Source: an uncultured Armatimonadetes bacterium
GTDB lineage: Bacteria > Armatimonadota > Hebobacteria > Hebobacterales > Hebobacteraceae
Length of the DNA stretch: 64,000 bases
Assembly (NCBI GenBank): GCA_963699135.1
Contig: OY969415.1
Coordinates: forward strand, 1,355,450 to 1,419,449
Direction: 5' to 3'
How positions within the stretch are numbered: position 1 is the stretch's first letter; every line of letters begins with the position of its first letter. Positions 31,208-39,898 of the stretch are shown piece after piece. The position numbers and the translations under genes are program-made. The notes under the pieces were generated by a model. That model worked only from the letters and a program-made list of their open reading frames with translations, did no database searches and was not told where the DNA came from.

Positions 31208-31588
31208 ATGCCAGCGTTTCTCGATCCGTTCCCGGGGCTGGTTCCCCGGAAGATGACGAAGTCGGAGTTGGTCAGGGCCCTGCGGCTGAACCTCGCGGCG
31301 GAACTGGAGGCGGTGCACCTCTACACCTCGCACGCGGAGGCCGCGGATGATCCGCTGACCAAGAAGATGCTGCTGGACGTGGCCGACGAGGAGAGGGTGC
31401 ACGCGGGTGAGTTCCTGGAGCTGATCCGGAGGCTGGCGCCGGAGGAGCAACAGCTTCTCGACGAAGGCAGCCAGGAAGTGCAGGCGATGGCGGCGGGCAT
31501 GGCGGCGGAGCCGCCGCCGGCCGCGACGATGCCCGACCTGACGATGACAGTCGGCAGCCTGCGAGAGGCGCCGAAGGAGGGTGAGTGA
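31208..31588 (+). CDS. Encapsulin cargo: ferritin-like protein (EncFtn/Flp type) with a C-terminal encapsulin targeting peptide
   Basis: 126 aa. It has two E-x-x-H motifs (EAVHLY, EERVHAGE) typical of encapsulated ferritins. It has a flexible Ala/Pro linker and the C-terminal TVGSLREAP, which matches the TVGSL/GSL cargo-loading consensus. Confidence 0.75.
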   Translation: MPAFLDPFPGLVPRKMTKSELVRALRLNLAAELEAVHLYTSHAEAADDPLTKKMLLDVADEERVHAGEFLELIRRLAPEEQQLLDEGSQEVQAMAAGMAAEPPPAATMPDLTMTVGSLREAPKEGE

Positions 31589-31589
31589 G

Positions 31590-32411
31590 ATGCGCTACCT
31601 ACCACGCGAAGCCGCGCCCATCGGCGACGCAACCTGGGGGATGATCGAAGAGGCGGTGGTGGGGCCGGCGAAGATGCAGCTCGCGGGCCGACGGCTGCTC
31701 GACATCCAGGGGCCGTTCGGGCTCGGGATGAGAGTGCTGGACCACAAGGAACGGGAGACGGCGGCCGAGGCGAGCTTCGGCGACGCGAAGGCGAGGATGT
31801 CGGCGCCGGAGACGACGCCGATTCCGTTGATCTACTCGGAATTCACGCTGTCCATCCGCGAGATCGCGGCGGCGGAAGAGCGGGGCAGCCTGCTAGACCT
31901 CGATGCTCCCGCGAAGGCCGCCATCGCTTGCTCGCGGCTCGAAGACAATCTGATCTTCGGCGGCAACAAGGAGCTGCGGATCGATGGCCTGATGACCGCG
32001 CCGAAGGCGTCGAAGGTGAAGCTCGGCGACTGGGAGCAGATGGGCCAGCCGATGGAGGACCTGATCAAGGCCGCGAACGCGCTGGACGCGGCCGGCTTCC
32101 CGGGCCCCTACAGCGCGGCACTCGCGCCGTCGCTGTTCAACGCGCTCTACCGGCGGTATGAGGAGGCGAGCCTGACCCAGCTCGAGCACGCCCGGCAGTT
32201 GATCACGGGAGGCCTGGTGAAGGCGCCGACGCTGGCGTCGGGCGGTGTGGTGCTGGCGTCGCTGCGGCACTTCGCCTCGCTGGTGATCGGCCTGGACATG
32301 ACGCCGGCGTTCGTCGGGCCGACACCGACAGGCTACCAGTTCGTGATCATGGAGAGCATCACGCCCAGGATCACGGTGCCGGAAGCGATCTGCGTGCTGA
32401 CTGGGAAGTAG
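31590..32411 (+). CDS. Family 1 encapsulin nanocompartment shell protein (linocin M18-like, HK97 fold)
   Basis: 273 aa. It matches the Thermotoga encapsulin pattern: GRRLLDIQGPFGLG versus GRKFVDVEGPYGW, IPLIYSEFTLSIREI versus LPLIELRATFTL, EDNLIFGG versus EDEVIFRG, and GPYSAAL versus GPYTLV. An AAGGAGG ribosome-binding site lies 9 nt upstream of ATG 31590. The stop of the cargo gene overlaps this start region. Confidence 0.8.
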   Translation: MRYLPREAAPIGDATWGMIEEAVVGPAKMQLAGRRLLDIQGPFGLGMRVLDHKERETAAEASFGDAKARMSAPETTPIPLIYSEFTLSIREIAAAEERGSLLDLDAPAKAAIACSRLEDNLIFGGNKELRIDGLMTAPKASKVKLGDWEQMGQPMEDLIKAANALDAAGFPGPYSAALAPSLFNALYRRYEEASLTQLEHARQLITGGLVKAPTLASGGVVLASLRHFASLVIGLDMTPAFVGPTPTGYQFVIMESITPRITVPEAICVLTGK

Positions 32412-32434
32412 CGAGCGAACACGGAGAGGACGAG

Positions 32435-32776
32435 ATGGCAGACACCATCACTCGCGAGGAGCTGAAGCGGAAGATAGAGGCGGGGGAGGACTTCCTGCTG
32501 ATCGACGTGCTGCTGACCGATTCCTATCCGCGGGAGCACCTTCCGGGCGCGATCAACCTCCCGCTGTACGAGATCGGTGACGCAACCACGGCGTCGATCC
32601 CGAAGGACAAGGAAGTCATCGTCTACTGCGGGAGCTTTGCGTGCCAGGCGAGTCCGGCGGCGGCCGCGAAGCTGAGAGAGATGGGGTTCACGCGCGTGCT
32701 CGACTTCGAGGGCGGGCTCGCGGACTGGAAGGATGCCGGCTACCCGATGGAGCGAGCGGAGGCGGCGAAGCGCTGA
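32435..32776 (+). CDS. Single-domain rhodanese-like sulfurtransferase
   Basis: 113 aa with the active-site loop VIVYCGSFACQAS (the Cys in CGS is catalytic). Confidence 0.75.
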   Translation: MADTITREELKRKIEAGEDFLLIDVLLTDSYPREHLPGAINLPLYEIGDATTASIPKDKEVIVYCGSFACQASPAAAAKLREMGFTRVLDFEGGLADWKDAGYPMERAEAAKR

Positions 32777-32794
32777 GGAGGAAAGGGGAGGGCG

Positions 32795-33123
32795 ATGCCG
32801 GCGGTGATGGAGATCAGCGTGTTCCCGGCGGGCAAGCAGGGCGCCAGCTTGGGAGACGTGATGGTCGAGGTGCTGAAGGTCGCGGAGAAGCACGGCGCGA
32901 ACTATGAGCTGACGGCGATGGGGACTTGCCTGGAGGGCGAGCTCAGACGCGCTGTTCGCGATCGCGCGGGAGATGCACGAGGTGTGCTTCGAGCTGGGCT
33001 ACCCGCGGGTGCTGACGACGATCCGGGTGGACGACCGGCGGGACAAGGCGCTGACGATGAAGCACAAAGTGGATTCGGTGAAGGAGAAGCTGGCGAAGTC
33101 GGCGCTGCATATCAGTGAGAGTT
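32795..33123 (+). CDS. MTH1187/YkoF-family (DUF77) protein with one frameshift near 32945
   Basis: ORF 32795-33118 starts [42 protein letters not shown]. The +1 frame continues [50 protein letters not shown] and reaches a stop at 33121-33123. Confidence 0.6.
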
Positions 33124-33135
33124 GAGGTATCTGAA

Positions 33136-33186
33136 GCGAAAAGAGCCGGAGCGCGCGATGCGCGCTCCCGGCTTCGTCGTTTGTTG
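33136..33186. terminator. Bidirectional rho-independent terminator between the convergent YkoF-like and amidohydrolase genes
   Basis: The hairpin is GCCGGAGCGCGC-GAT-GCGCGCTCCCGGC with one bulge. It is followed by TTCGTCGTTTGTT on the + strand and preceded by AAAAGAG (which reads CTCTTTTCGCTTC on the - strand). Confidence 0.55.
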
Positions 33187-33210
33187 CTGCGGGTCGTGGA
33201 GCAGCGGCCG

Positions 33211-33991
33211 CTACTTCAGCCCGAAGAGTTTGGTGGCGTTGCCGCGGTTGACTCTCTCGCGGATCGCCGGGGAGGCGCCGACGGCGTCGAAGAGGGCGTC
33301 GTAGAACTTGAAGTAGGGCTGGAAGCCCTCGTTGTCTGTCTGAAGACACTGACGTCGCTGGCGAAGAGGAGCTTTGTTCAGGCTGGACTCGTCGAGGTTG
33401 CCGTTGGGGGCGAACATCTCTCGCCCACATCATGAGGGAGCGTTGGTAGGCGGTGCCGCCGCTGAGTTCGGCGTAGACGTTGGGCACGGACCACGTGATC
33501 TTCCAGGCTTCCTCCCACCAGGGGTTGCCGAAGTGGGCCATGAGGATCTTGAGGTCCGGGTGGCGGCGGCTCATGCAGTCGATGGCGGCCGGGGCGCATG
33601 AGGGTGATGTCGGTGTGGGCGGGCGGGCTCGAAGACGCCGATCCCCAGGTAGCCGGTGTGGAACATGGCGACTTTGCCCTTGGTCGGAGATGGCGGCGTA
33701 GAGCGGATCGTAGCGGGTGTCGCCGTAGGAGAACTGAGGGTCGATGAACTTGATGCCGGCGGCGCCGCCGTCGAGGATCTCGTTGATCTCCTTGACCGTG
33801 ATCTTGTCGATGTCGATCCAGGGAACGGGGATGATGAAGTCGGGCAGGGCCCGATAGGCCTCCATCGTCGGCTCGGGGTCCTGGATGAGGAGCACCCTTT
33901 CCACGCCCCGGTCGCGGCATTTCTTGACGTAATCCTGGGGCGATCCCTGGAGCTTCGAGAAGTCACCATGTACGTGCGCGTCGATTCGCAT
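33211..33991 (-). pseudogene. Amidohydrolase-2 family metal-dependent hydrolase (copy 1 of a tandem pair), with at least 3 frameshifts
   Basis: The N-terminus MRIDAHVHGDFSKLQGSPQDYVKKCRDRGVERVLLIQDPEPT..GIKFIDPQFSYGDTRYDPLYAAISDQG lies in ORF 32999-34102. The middle and C-terminal parts (KVAMFHTGYL.., PAAIDCMSRRHPDLKILMAHFGNPWWEEAWKITWSVPNVYAELSGGTAY.., ..NRGNATKLFGLK) lie in other frames. Confidence 0.6.
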
Positions 33992-34047
33992 TTCTGTCTC
34001 CCTGTATGAGTCACTAGGGGGCCCGAAGTGGGCCCGCGGCTTGTCGG

Positions 34048-34825
34048 TCAGGCGAGTCCGAACAGCTTGAGAGCAGTGCCCCGGTTGATCCGCTCCCGCC
34101 ACTCCGGCGAGGCGCCGATGGCATCGTAGACAGCGTCATAGAACTCGAAGTAATCCTCGAAGCCCTCGTGCTCCCTGAAGACGCTCATGTCGCTGGCGAA
34201 GAGGAGCTTCTTGAGGCTGTCCTCGTCGAGCACGCCATTGGGGGCGAAGGTCTCGGCCCACATGGAGATCGACCGCTTGTAGGCAGTGCCGCCGCTGAGC
34301 TCGGCGTAGACGTTGGGGACGGACCACATGATCTTCCAGGCCTCTTCCCACCAGGGGTTGCCGAAATGGGCCATGAGGATCCTGAGGTCGGGGTGACGGC
34401 GGCTCATGCAGTCGATGGCGGCGGGTCGCATGAGGGCGATATCGGTGGGGCGCGGCGGGCTCGGAGCGGCGGGCGAGGTAGCCGGTGTGGAACATGGCGA
34501 CTTTGCCCTTGGCGGAAATGGCGGCATAGAGTGGGTCGTAGCGCGTATCGCCATAGGAGAACTGGGGGTCGATGAACTTGATGCCGAGGGCGCCGGCGTC
34601 GATGATCTCGTTGATCTCGCGCACGGTGACCTTGTCGATGTCGACCCGCGGCACCGGGATGATGAAGTCGGGCAGGGCTTTGAAAGCGGCGAGGGTTGAG
34701 TCCGGCTCGGAGATCAGGACGACCTTCTCGATCCCCTGGGCGCGGCATTTCTTCACGTACTCCGCGGGCACGCCCTGGAACTTGCTGAAGTCGCCGTGAA
34801 TGTGGGCGTCGATACGCATATCCAT
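34048..34825 (-). CDS. Amidohydrolase-2 family metal-dependent hydrolase (copy 2, a paralog of 33211-33991), with 1-2 frameshifts near 34450-34500
   Basis: ORF 34136-34825 (MDMRIDAHIHGDFSKFQGVPAEYVKKCRAQGIEKVVLISEPDST..KGKVAMFHTGYLA) and ORF 34048-34554 (..ALMRPAAIDCMSRRHPDLRILMAHFGNPWWEEAWKIMWSVPNVYAELSGGTAYKRS..RINRGTALKLFGLA). It is roughly 80% identical to copy 1. Confidence 0.6.
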
Positions 34826-36201
34826 CTCAGCACCTCCGGAGTGAGATCAAACCGCGCGAGTAAATCGAATCCGGTCCCGCGCAACAACCTGTCAGGGATG
34901 GTTCCGCCCGCGCAGGGGTTTCCCTTTGTGGCGAAGGCGCTACTCGGCGTCGCGCAGGCCGGGGCGCGCCACCAGGAAACGGCGGCGGCGACGAGACAGA
35001 TGGCGCCGTCGATGGCGACGGCCCATCGCGGCCCCAGCCACTGGGCGGCGGCCCCGATCTGGAGGTTGCCCAGGGGTGACATGCCGGCGAAGACGAAGGC
35101 GCGCAGGCCCATCACTCTCCCGCGAAGCTCATCGGGAGGGGATTTCTGCAGGATGGTGTTCGAGGTGGTGTTGAACGACATCATGCCGAGGCCGACGAAG
35201 AAGAGAAAGGCGACGGCGATGGAGTAGGAGGAGGCGCTGGCGAGGAGCATGAGGCCGATGGGGAAGACGAAGGAGCCGAGGACGGTGATGGCGCCGATGC
35301 GGAAGCGGTGCCCGATGGCGGTCATAGTCATGGCGGCGAGGAGGGAGCCGAAGGCCGGGGCGGACATGAGGAACCCGTATCCCCGGGGGCCGGTGTGGAA
35401 GACTTCCTGGGCGAAGAGGGGCATGAGGGTGGCGTAGGGCATGGCGAAGAGGCTGGAGAACCCGGTGAGGATGAGCAGGGCCTTGGCGACAGGCTGGCTG
35501 CGCACCCACTTCACGCCGCCGCCGATGTGCTCGAACATGGAGCCGGACATGCGGGGGCGAGGGGGCCGGGGGGTGATGGTGGTGAGGATGACGATCAGGG
35601 GCAGGAAAGAGATGGCGTTGATGAGGAAGCAGCCGGCCATCCCGGCGGCGGCGAGCAGGATCCCCGCGACCGAAGGCCCGATTACCCGGCCGGAGTTGAA
35701 GGCGGACGAGTTGAGGGCGACGGCGTTGAAAATGTCCTCTCGCTCCACCAGGTCCATCACCATGGACTGACGGGTGGGCATGTCGAAGGCGTTGATGACG
35801 CCGAGGAGGGCGGCAAGGGTCATCACGTGCCAGACGCGCACCGTGTCGGTGTAGACGAGGAGCGCGAGGACGCCCGCCTGGAGGGCGGCCAGGCTCTGGG
35901 TGATGAAGACGATGCGGTGCTTGCTGAAGCGATCGGCAACGACCCCGGCAGGAAGGGAGAGCAGCAGAATGGGAAACGCGCCGCAGGCGCCGACGAGGCC
36001 GAGGTAGAGGGGTGACTTAGTGAGCTGGTAGACCAGCCACCCCTGGGCCGCGTTCTGCATCCAGGTGCCGGTGACGGAGAGGACGAGGCCGATCCAGAAT
36101 CGGCGGAAGTCGCGATGGCGCAGCGAACGCAGGGCCATCGGCCACCGCGTCTGGCGCGCTTCCTCTGCGATCTCCGGAGGGACCTGGAACTCGTCAGCCA
36201 C
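34753..36201 (-). CDS. MFS transporter (EntS/YbdA-like 12-TM)
   Basis: Mostly hydrophobic 12-TM protein with ..DFRRFWIGLVLSVTGTWM.. and ..AGVVADRFSKHRI... The last roughly 70 aa overlap the adjacent amidohydrolase gene. They may be a frameshift artefact. Confidence 0.65.
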   Translation of the reverse strand: MADEFQVPPEIAEEARQTRWPMALRSLRHRDFRRFWIGLVLSVTGTWMQNAAQGWLVYQLTKSPLYLGLVGACGAFPILLLSLPAGVVADRFSKHRIVFITQSLAALQAGVLALLVYTDTVRVWHVMTLAALLGVINAFDMPTRQSMVMDLVEREDIFNAVALNSSAFNSGRVIGPSVAGILLAAAGMAGCFLINAISFLPLIVILTTITPRPPRPRMSGSMFEHIGGGVKWVRSQPVAKALLILTGFSSLFAMPYATLMPLFAQEVFHTGPRGYGFLMSAPAFGSLLAAMTMTAIGHRFRIGAITVLGSFVFPIGLMLLASASSYSIAVAFLFFVGLGMMSFNTTSNTILQKSPPDELRGRVMGLRAFVFAGMSPLGNLQIGAAAQWLGPRWAVAIDGAICLVAAAVSWWRAPACATPSSAFATKGNPCAGGTIPDRLLRGTGFDLLARFDLTPEVLRWICVSTPTFTATSASSRACPRST

Positions 36202-36265
36202 CGCGGACCTCGGCCGATGGCGGGCCGGTCGACTCCGAGGGGATCACGTCAACACCGCGCGCCCG

Positions 36266-37078
36266 CTAGCTCGGCTTCAGTCCCGCTTTCCGCAGGGCTT
36301 CTTTCCCTTCCTCTCCGGTCAGGAAATCGACGAAAGCGCGAGCGACCGGTTGCTGAGGTCCGGCGCCAAGGGCGGCGGCGCGATAGGGGACGGGAGGGTA
36401 GAGATCGAGTGGCATCTCGCCCGCGATGCGGATGGTCTTGGGGGGCGATCCACCCTCGAGCAGGCAGTCTCGGAAGACGACGGCGGCGTCGGCCTTCTTC
36501 TCCACGATGTCGCTGAGAACCATGACGCCGGACTTGGGGGCGGCGACCCTAGCTCGCACCTTCTCCCACAGCCCCAGCTTCTCGAAGGCCTGCTTGGCGG
36601 CGGCGCCGAGGCTGCTCTTCGCCGGATCGTCGATGAGGAGGCGCTTCACCGCGGGCTTCGCCAGATCGTCGAGCGACTTGAGGCCGACTCCGCCCTCGGC
36701 GGCGGTGACGACGGCCAAGGGGTAGGTGTTGATGGCGAACGTCTTCGCGTCGTCGCGGTTCACGACGCCGGCGCGGACGAGGGAGGCCATCTCGATATCG
36801 CCGGCGGTGATGACTATCGTCGGGCCCTTGCTGGTGGCGGGGAGTTCGGAGGGCTTGTAGGTCTGGAACGCGAACTGGACCTTGGGGTGCTTGGCCTCAT
36901 AGGTGGCGATCACTTTCCTGAAGGGGCCGCCGAGCACGCAGGGGGTGTAGAGTGCGACGGTCACTGGCTCGGCGGGTTCGGGCGGCGGGGCTGGGGGTTT
37001 GCTCGCGCCGCCGCAGCCCCCCAGGAGGAGGGCTGCGGCGAGCAGAACTGCAAAGCCGACCAGCGCGGCCAGGCGCAT
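36266..37078 (-). CDS. modA: Molybdate/tungstate ABC-transporter periplasmic substrate-binding lipoprotein (ModA/WtpA family)
   Basis: It has a lipoprotein signal (..LLLGGCGG) and ModA-family architecture along its length (PVTVALYTP.., TIVITAGDIEMASL.., DAAVVFRD). No modB or modC gene lies adjacent. Confidence 0.65.
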   Translation of the reverse strand: MRLAALVGFAVLLAAALLLGGCGGASKPPAPPPEPAEPVTVALYTPCVLGGPFRKVIATYEAKHPKVQFAFQTYKPSELPATSKGPTIVITAGDIEMASLVRAGVVNRDDAKTFAINTYPLAVVTAAEGGVGLKSLDDLAKPAVKRLLIDDPAKSSLGAAAKQAFEKLGLWEKVRARVAAPKSGVMVLSDIVEKKADAAVVFRDCLLEGGSPPKTIRIAGEMPLDLYPPVPYRAAALGAGPQQPVARAFVDFLTGEEGKEALRKAGLKPS

Positions 37079-37560
37079 TACTTCGCCTTTGCCTTCGCCT
37101 TAGTCTTCGACTCGGCGACGATCTGCTTCACGACTGTCTCGAAGTCCTGGCGCGACCAGTAGACGTCCATGCGCTTCAGAAAATCGACGCTCTCGGTCTT
37201 GCCGTTCGCCCGCTTGATGTCCCACTTCGTCTTGCCATTGACGAAGACGCCGGAGCAACTCAGGCCCGGTCTTCATCCAGGCCTTGCGTCCCTCGGGCGT
37301 CTGCTGATCGTAGAGCTCGAGGGTGACGTCTTTGGCATGGGCCTTCTGGTACTTCTTCAGGTAGTCGGCGATGAACTTGTGCTGGGAGCTGAACGGGTAG
37401 TAGGCCTGCACAAGCACGGGGGTCTTCTGCTGAGCCTTCGCGACGGTGGCCTTGGGGGCCGACTTCTGCCTGGCATCGGCGCCAGCGAACGCAACCTGCA
37501 CGGCGACCGCCATGATGATGCAGGCGCAGAACAGGGACAGTCTCGACTTCATCCGCATCC
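37078..37560 (-). CDS. Thioredoxin-fold/DsbA-like secreted protein with one frameshift near 37265
   Basis: ORF 37100-37948 contains MRMKSRLSLFCACIIMAVAVQVAFAGADA..YYPFSSQHKFIADYLKKYQKAHAKDVTLELYDQQTPEGRKAWMKTG. The shifted frame continues LSCSGVFVNGKTKWDIKRANGKTESVDFLKRMDVYWSRQDFETVVKQIV..* and ends with TAATG overlapping the modA start. Confidence 0.4.
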
Positions 37561-37587
37561 TTCTTCCTCCTCGTGAGGTGCTACTTG

Positions 37588-38390
37588 CTATATTCGACGC
37601 GGGCGGAGTGGGTCCACCCGTTCCCAGTTGCTCTTCTGTCCACAGGCCGGACAATCGGGGTTCTTGGCGATGGGATAGGTATCGAACTCGGTATCGGCGC
37701 CGCTCCAGACGAGGAGCTTGCCCTTCAGGTTTTCGCCCACGCCGGCGAGGTACTTCAGCGCCTCGATTGCCTGGAGGCAGCCGATCACGCCCGGGGTGGC
37801 GCCGAGCACGGGGAAGAGGGCGGGCGGGGGCGCGCTGGGGAAGAGGCAGCGCAGGCATGGGGTTTCGGGGGAGTGGATGAAAGTGAGCCGGCCCTCCAAA
37901 CCCCAGACGCTGGCGTGAACGAAGGGGAGGTGCTTGCGGATCGCGCACTCGTTCAGCAGGTAGCGGGTGGGGTAGTTGTCCATGCAGTCGAGGATGAGCT
38001 GGGCGTCGCCGACCAGGTCATCGACGTTGTTGGCCTCGATGCGGGTGGAGATGGCGGTCACGTTGATGGTGGGGTTCAGCTCGCGGAGGGTAAGCTGCCC
38101 GGAGACGGCCTTATTCATCCCGATGCGAGAGTCGCTGTGCAGGATCTGGCGGTTCAGGTTCGATAGCTCCGGCTTGTCGAAGTCGCAGAGGGTGAGGTTG
38201 CCGACGCCGGCCACCGCGAGGTAGATGGAGGCCGGGGATCCCAGGCCACCGGCTCCCGCGACGAAGATGCGGGAGGCCTTGATCTTGGCCTGGCCGGATT
38301 CGCCCCAGCCGCCGATCATCATCTGCCGGTGGTATCTCTTCAGGTCGATCTCGGTGAGTGCAGCCACTACGTTGTCCTTTGCGTGCGGTC
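37588..38390 (-). CDS. moeB: ThiF/MoeB-family E1-like adenylyltransferase (molybdopterin-synthase or sulfur-carrier adenylyltransferase)
   Basis: It has LKRYHRQMMIGGWGESGQAKIKASRIFVAGAGGLGSPASIYLAVAGVG (a nucleotide-binding GxGxxG) and a C-terminal zinc motif CLRC..CPAC. The upstream part of the track ORF (to 38544) overlaps the porin gene and is probably not translated. Confidence 0.7.
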
Positions 38391-38399
38391 TGTCGTAGC

Positions 38400-39789
38400 C
38401 TAGTAGACGACCTGCAACTGCACGATAGCGGAGTTCCCATCCCACTTCGTGAACTCGGAGAATTTCGGCTCCGCGTCGCGCTTCTCGAAGGCGAAGGTCA
38501 GCCGGGTGGCCTTGTCCAGGTTGTACCAGTAGCCGAAGCTCCATCGCTTGAACAGGTCATTGGGCGCGGCGCGATTCTCATCGTAAGTATCGTATTTCGC
38601 GAAGAGCAGGTTCGGCTGCTTCTTCGCGATGGGATGACCGACCTGGCCGTACCAGCCGCGGACGTCTCTGCCTTTGTCGTTGCCGGTGACGAATTCGCCC
38701 AGGAACTGGGTGCCGCCCCAGTGATAGCGGGCGCTCACGGCGTTGCGGTCCTGGCGGGTGCGGGCGGTGCCCTCGTTGTTGGTGCCGGTGTAGCCGGAGA
38801 GGGCGACGGAGCCGCTCTTCAGGGGGAAGTCAACGCGGGCCATCAGGTTCTGGTGGTTGTTGTTGTCGGTCACGTCGATGCCGGTGCCGTTGAACGCGCC
38901 AACATCGAGCTTCGGTGCCTTCGGCGACTGACGGTAGTTGAGATCCAGCCCCAGGTCCCGCTGATCGGGGAAGAGCCGGTCCATGAAGAATGCCGCGCTC
39001 GCCCGACCACAGTTCCTGCGTCGGCTCCTCCAGCTCGTACCCCCAGGGAAGCGTCATTTGTCCCATGCGAACGCGGGACTCGGGGGTGGCCTGATAGTCG
39101 ATGTAGGCGCTTCGCAGTTGAGCCTTGCTGCCGGGGCCTTTGCCGGTCTCTTTCGAGTCGAACTGCATCTCGATGCGGTAGGAGGTGCGGTCGCTGACCG
39201 GTCCGCGAACGTTCACGCGAGCGGTTCGGACCAGGAACTCCTTCCGGCCGAGAGTCGCCTTGTCGTCGCGGAAGCGCAACTGCATGTAGCCGTCGATCTG
39301 GTGCTGCTTGCGCTCGGCCTCGACTTTGGCGAGGCGCTGCTGCGTATCCTTGAGGGCGGTGGCGAGGTCGTCGACGCGGGCGCCCATGGTCACGAGTTCG
39401 GTGCGGAACTCCTGGATCAGCTTCTCGACGCGGGCCACATCCTCTAGCGTCGCGCCGGCAGGAACAACGGGCGCGGCGGCGGTCCCTTCCTCGGCGGGGA
39501 GGGTCTCGGCGCGGGCGATCTGCTGGAGAGCCTGCCCCTGCTCCTGATAGGCTTTGCCCAATCCTTCGACGGCGCGCAGGGTCAGCGAGGCGGCCTCGAA
39601 CCGGGTGAGCTGCTGGGTCCAATCAGCGAGAGCTCCCTTGGGATGCCCGATCAGCAGGCCTGCGCGCGCGAGCGCGTCGAGGTCCTGGAACTGCCAGTCC
39701 GCCGGCCCGATGACCGGAGCCGCGGCCCAGGCCGAGCCGAAGCACAAGAGGATAAGCAGTACATTGATTGCGATCTGTCGCTTCAGCAT
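38400..39789 (-). CDS. Outer-membrane porin with an N-terminal SLH-like domain, a coiled coil and a C-terminal beta-barrel (OprB/SlpA-like). One frameshift lies near 38950.
   Basis: ORF 38830-39789 has a signal peptide, a segment WQFQDLDALARAGLLIGHP and heptad-rich coil. ORF 38400-38984 has alternating beta-strand sequence ending ..NSAIVQLQVVY. Confidence 0.5.
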
Positions 39790-39898
39790 CGAGACATTCT
39801 TCCTCGCCCGGATGATGATTGCTCCATTGCATCAGCTTGGCGGACAGACGTGAATCGGCGATGGCGGAAGCCGGAAGCTTATGTTAACCGCCAGGCGG

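Noticed and set aside
38391-38544. N-terminal 55 aa of the moeB ORF (MELRLLVQPGQGHPADLRLREARRG..)
   Set aside because: It overlaps the 3' end of the porin gene and lacks MoeB homology. MoeB-family proteins begin near the ..LKRYHRQ motif.
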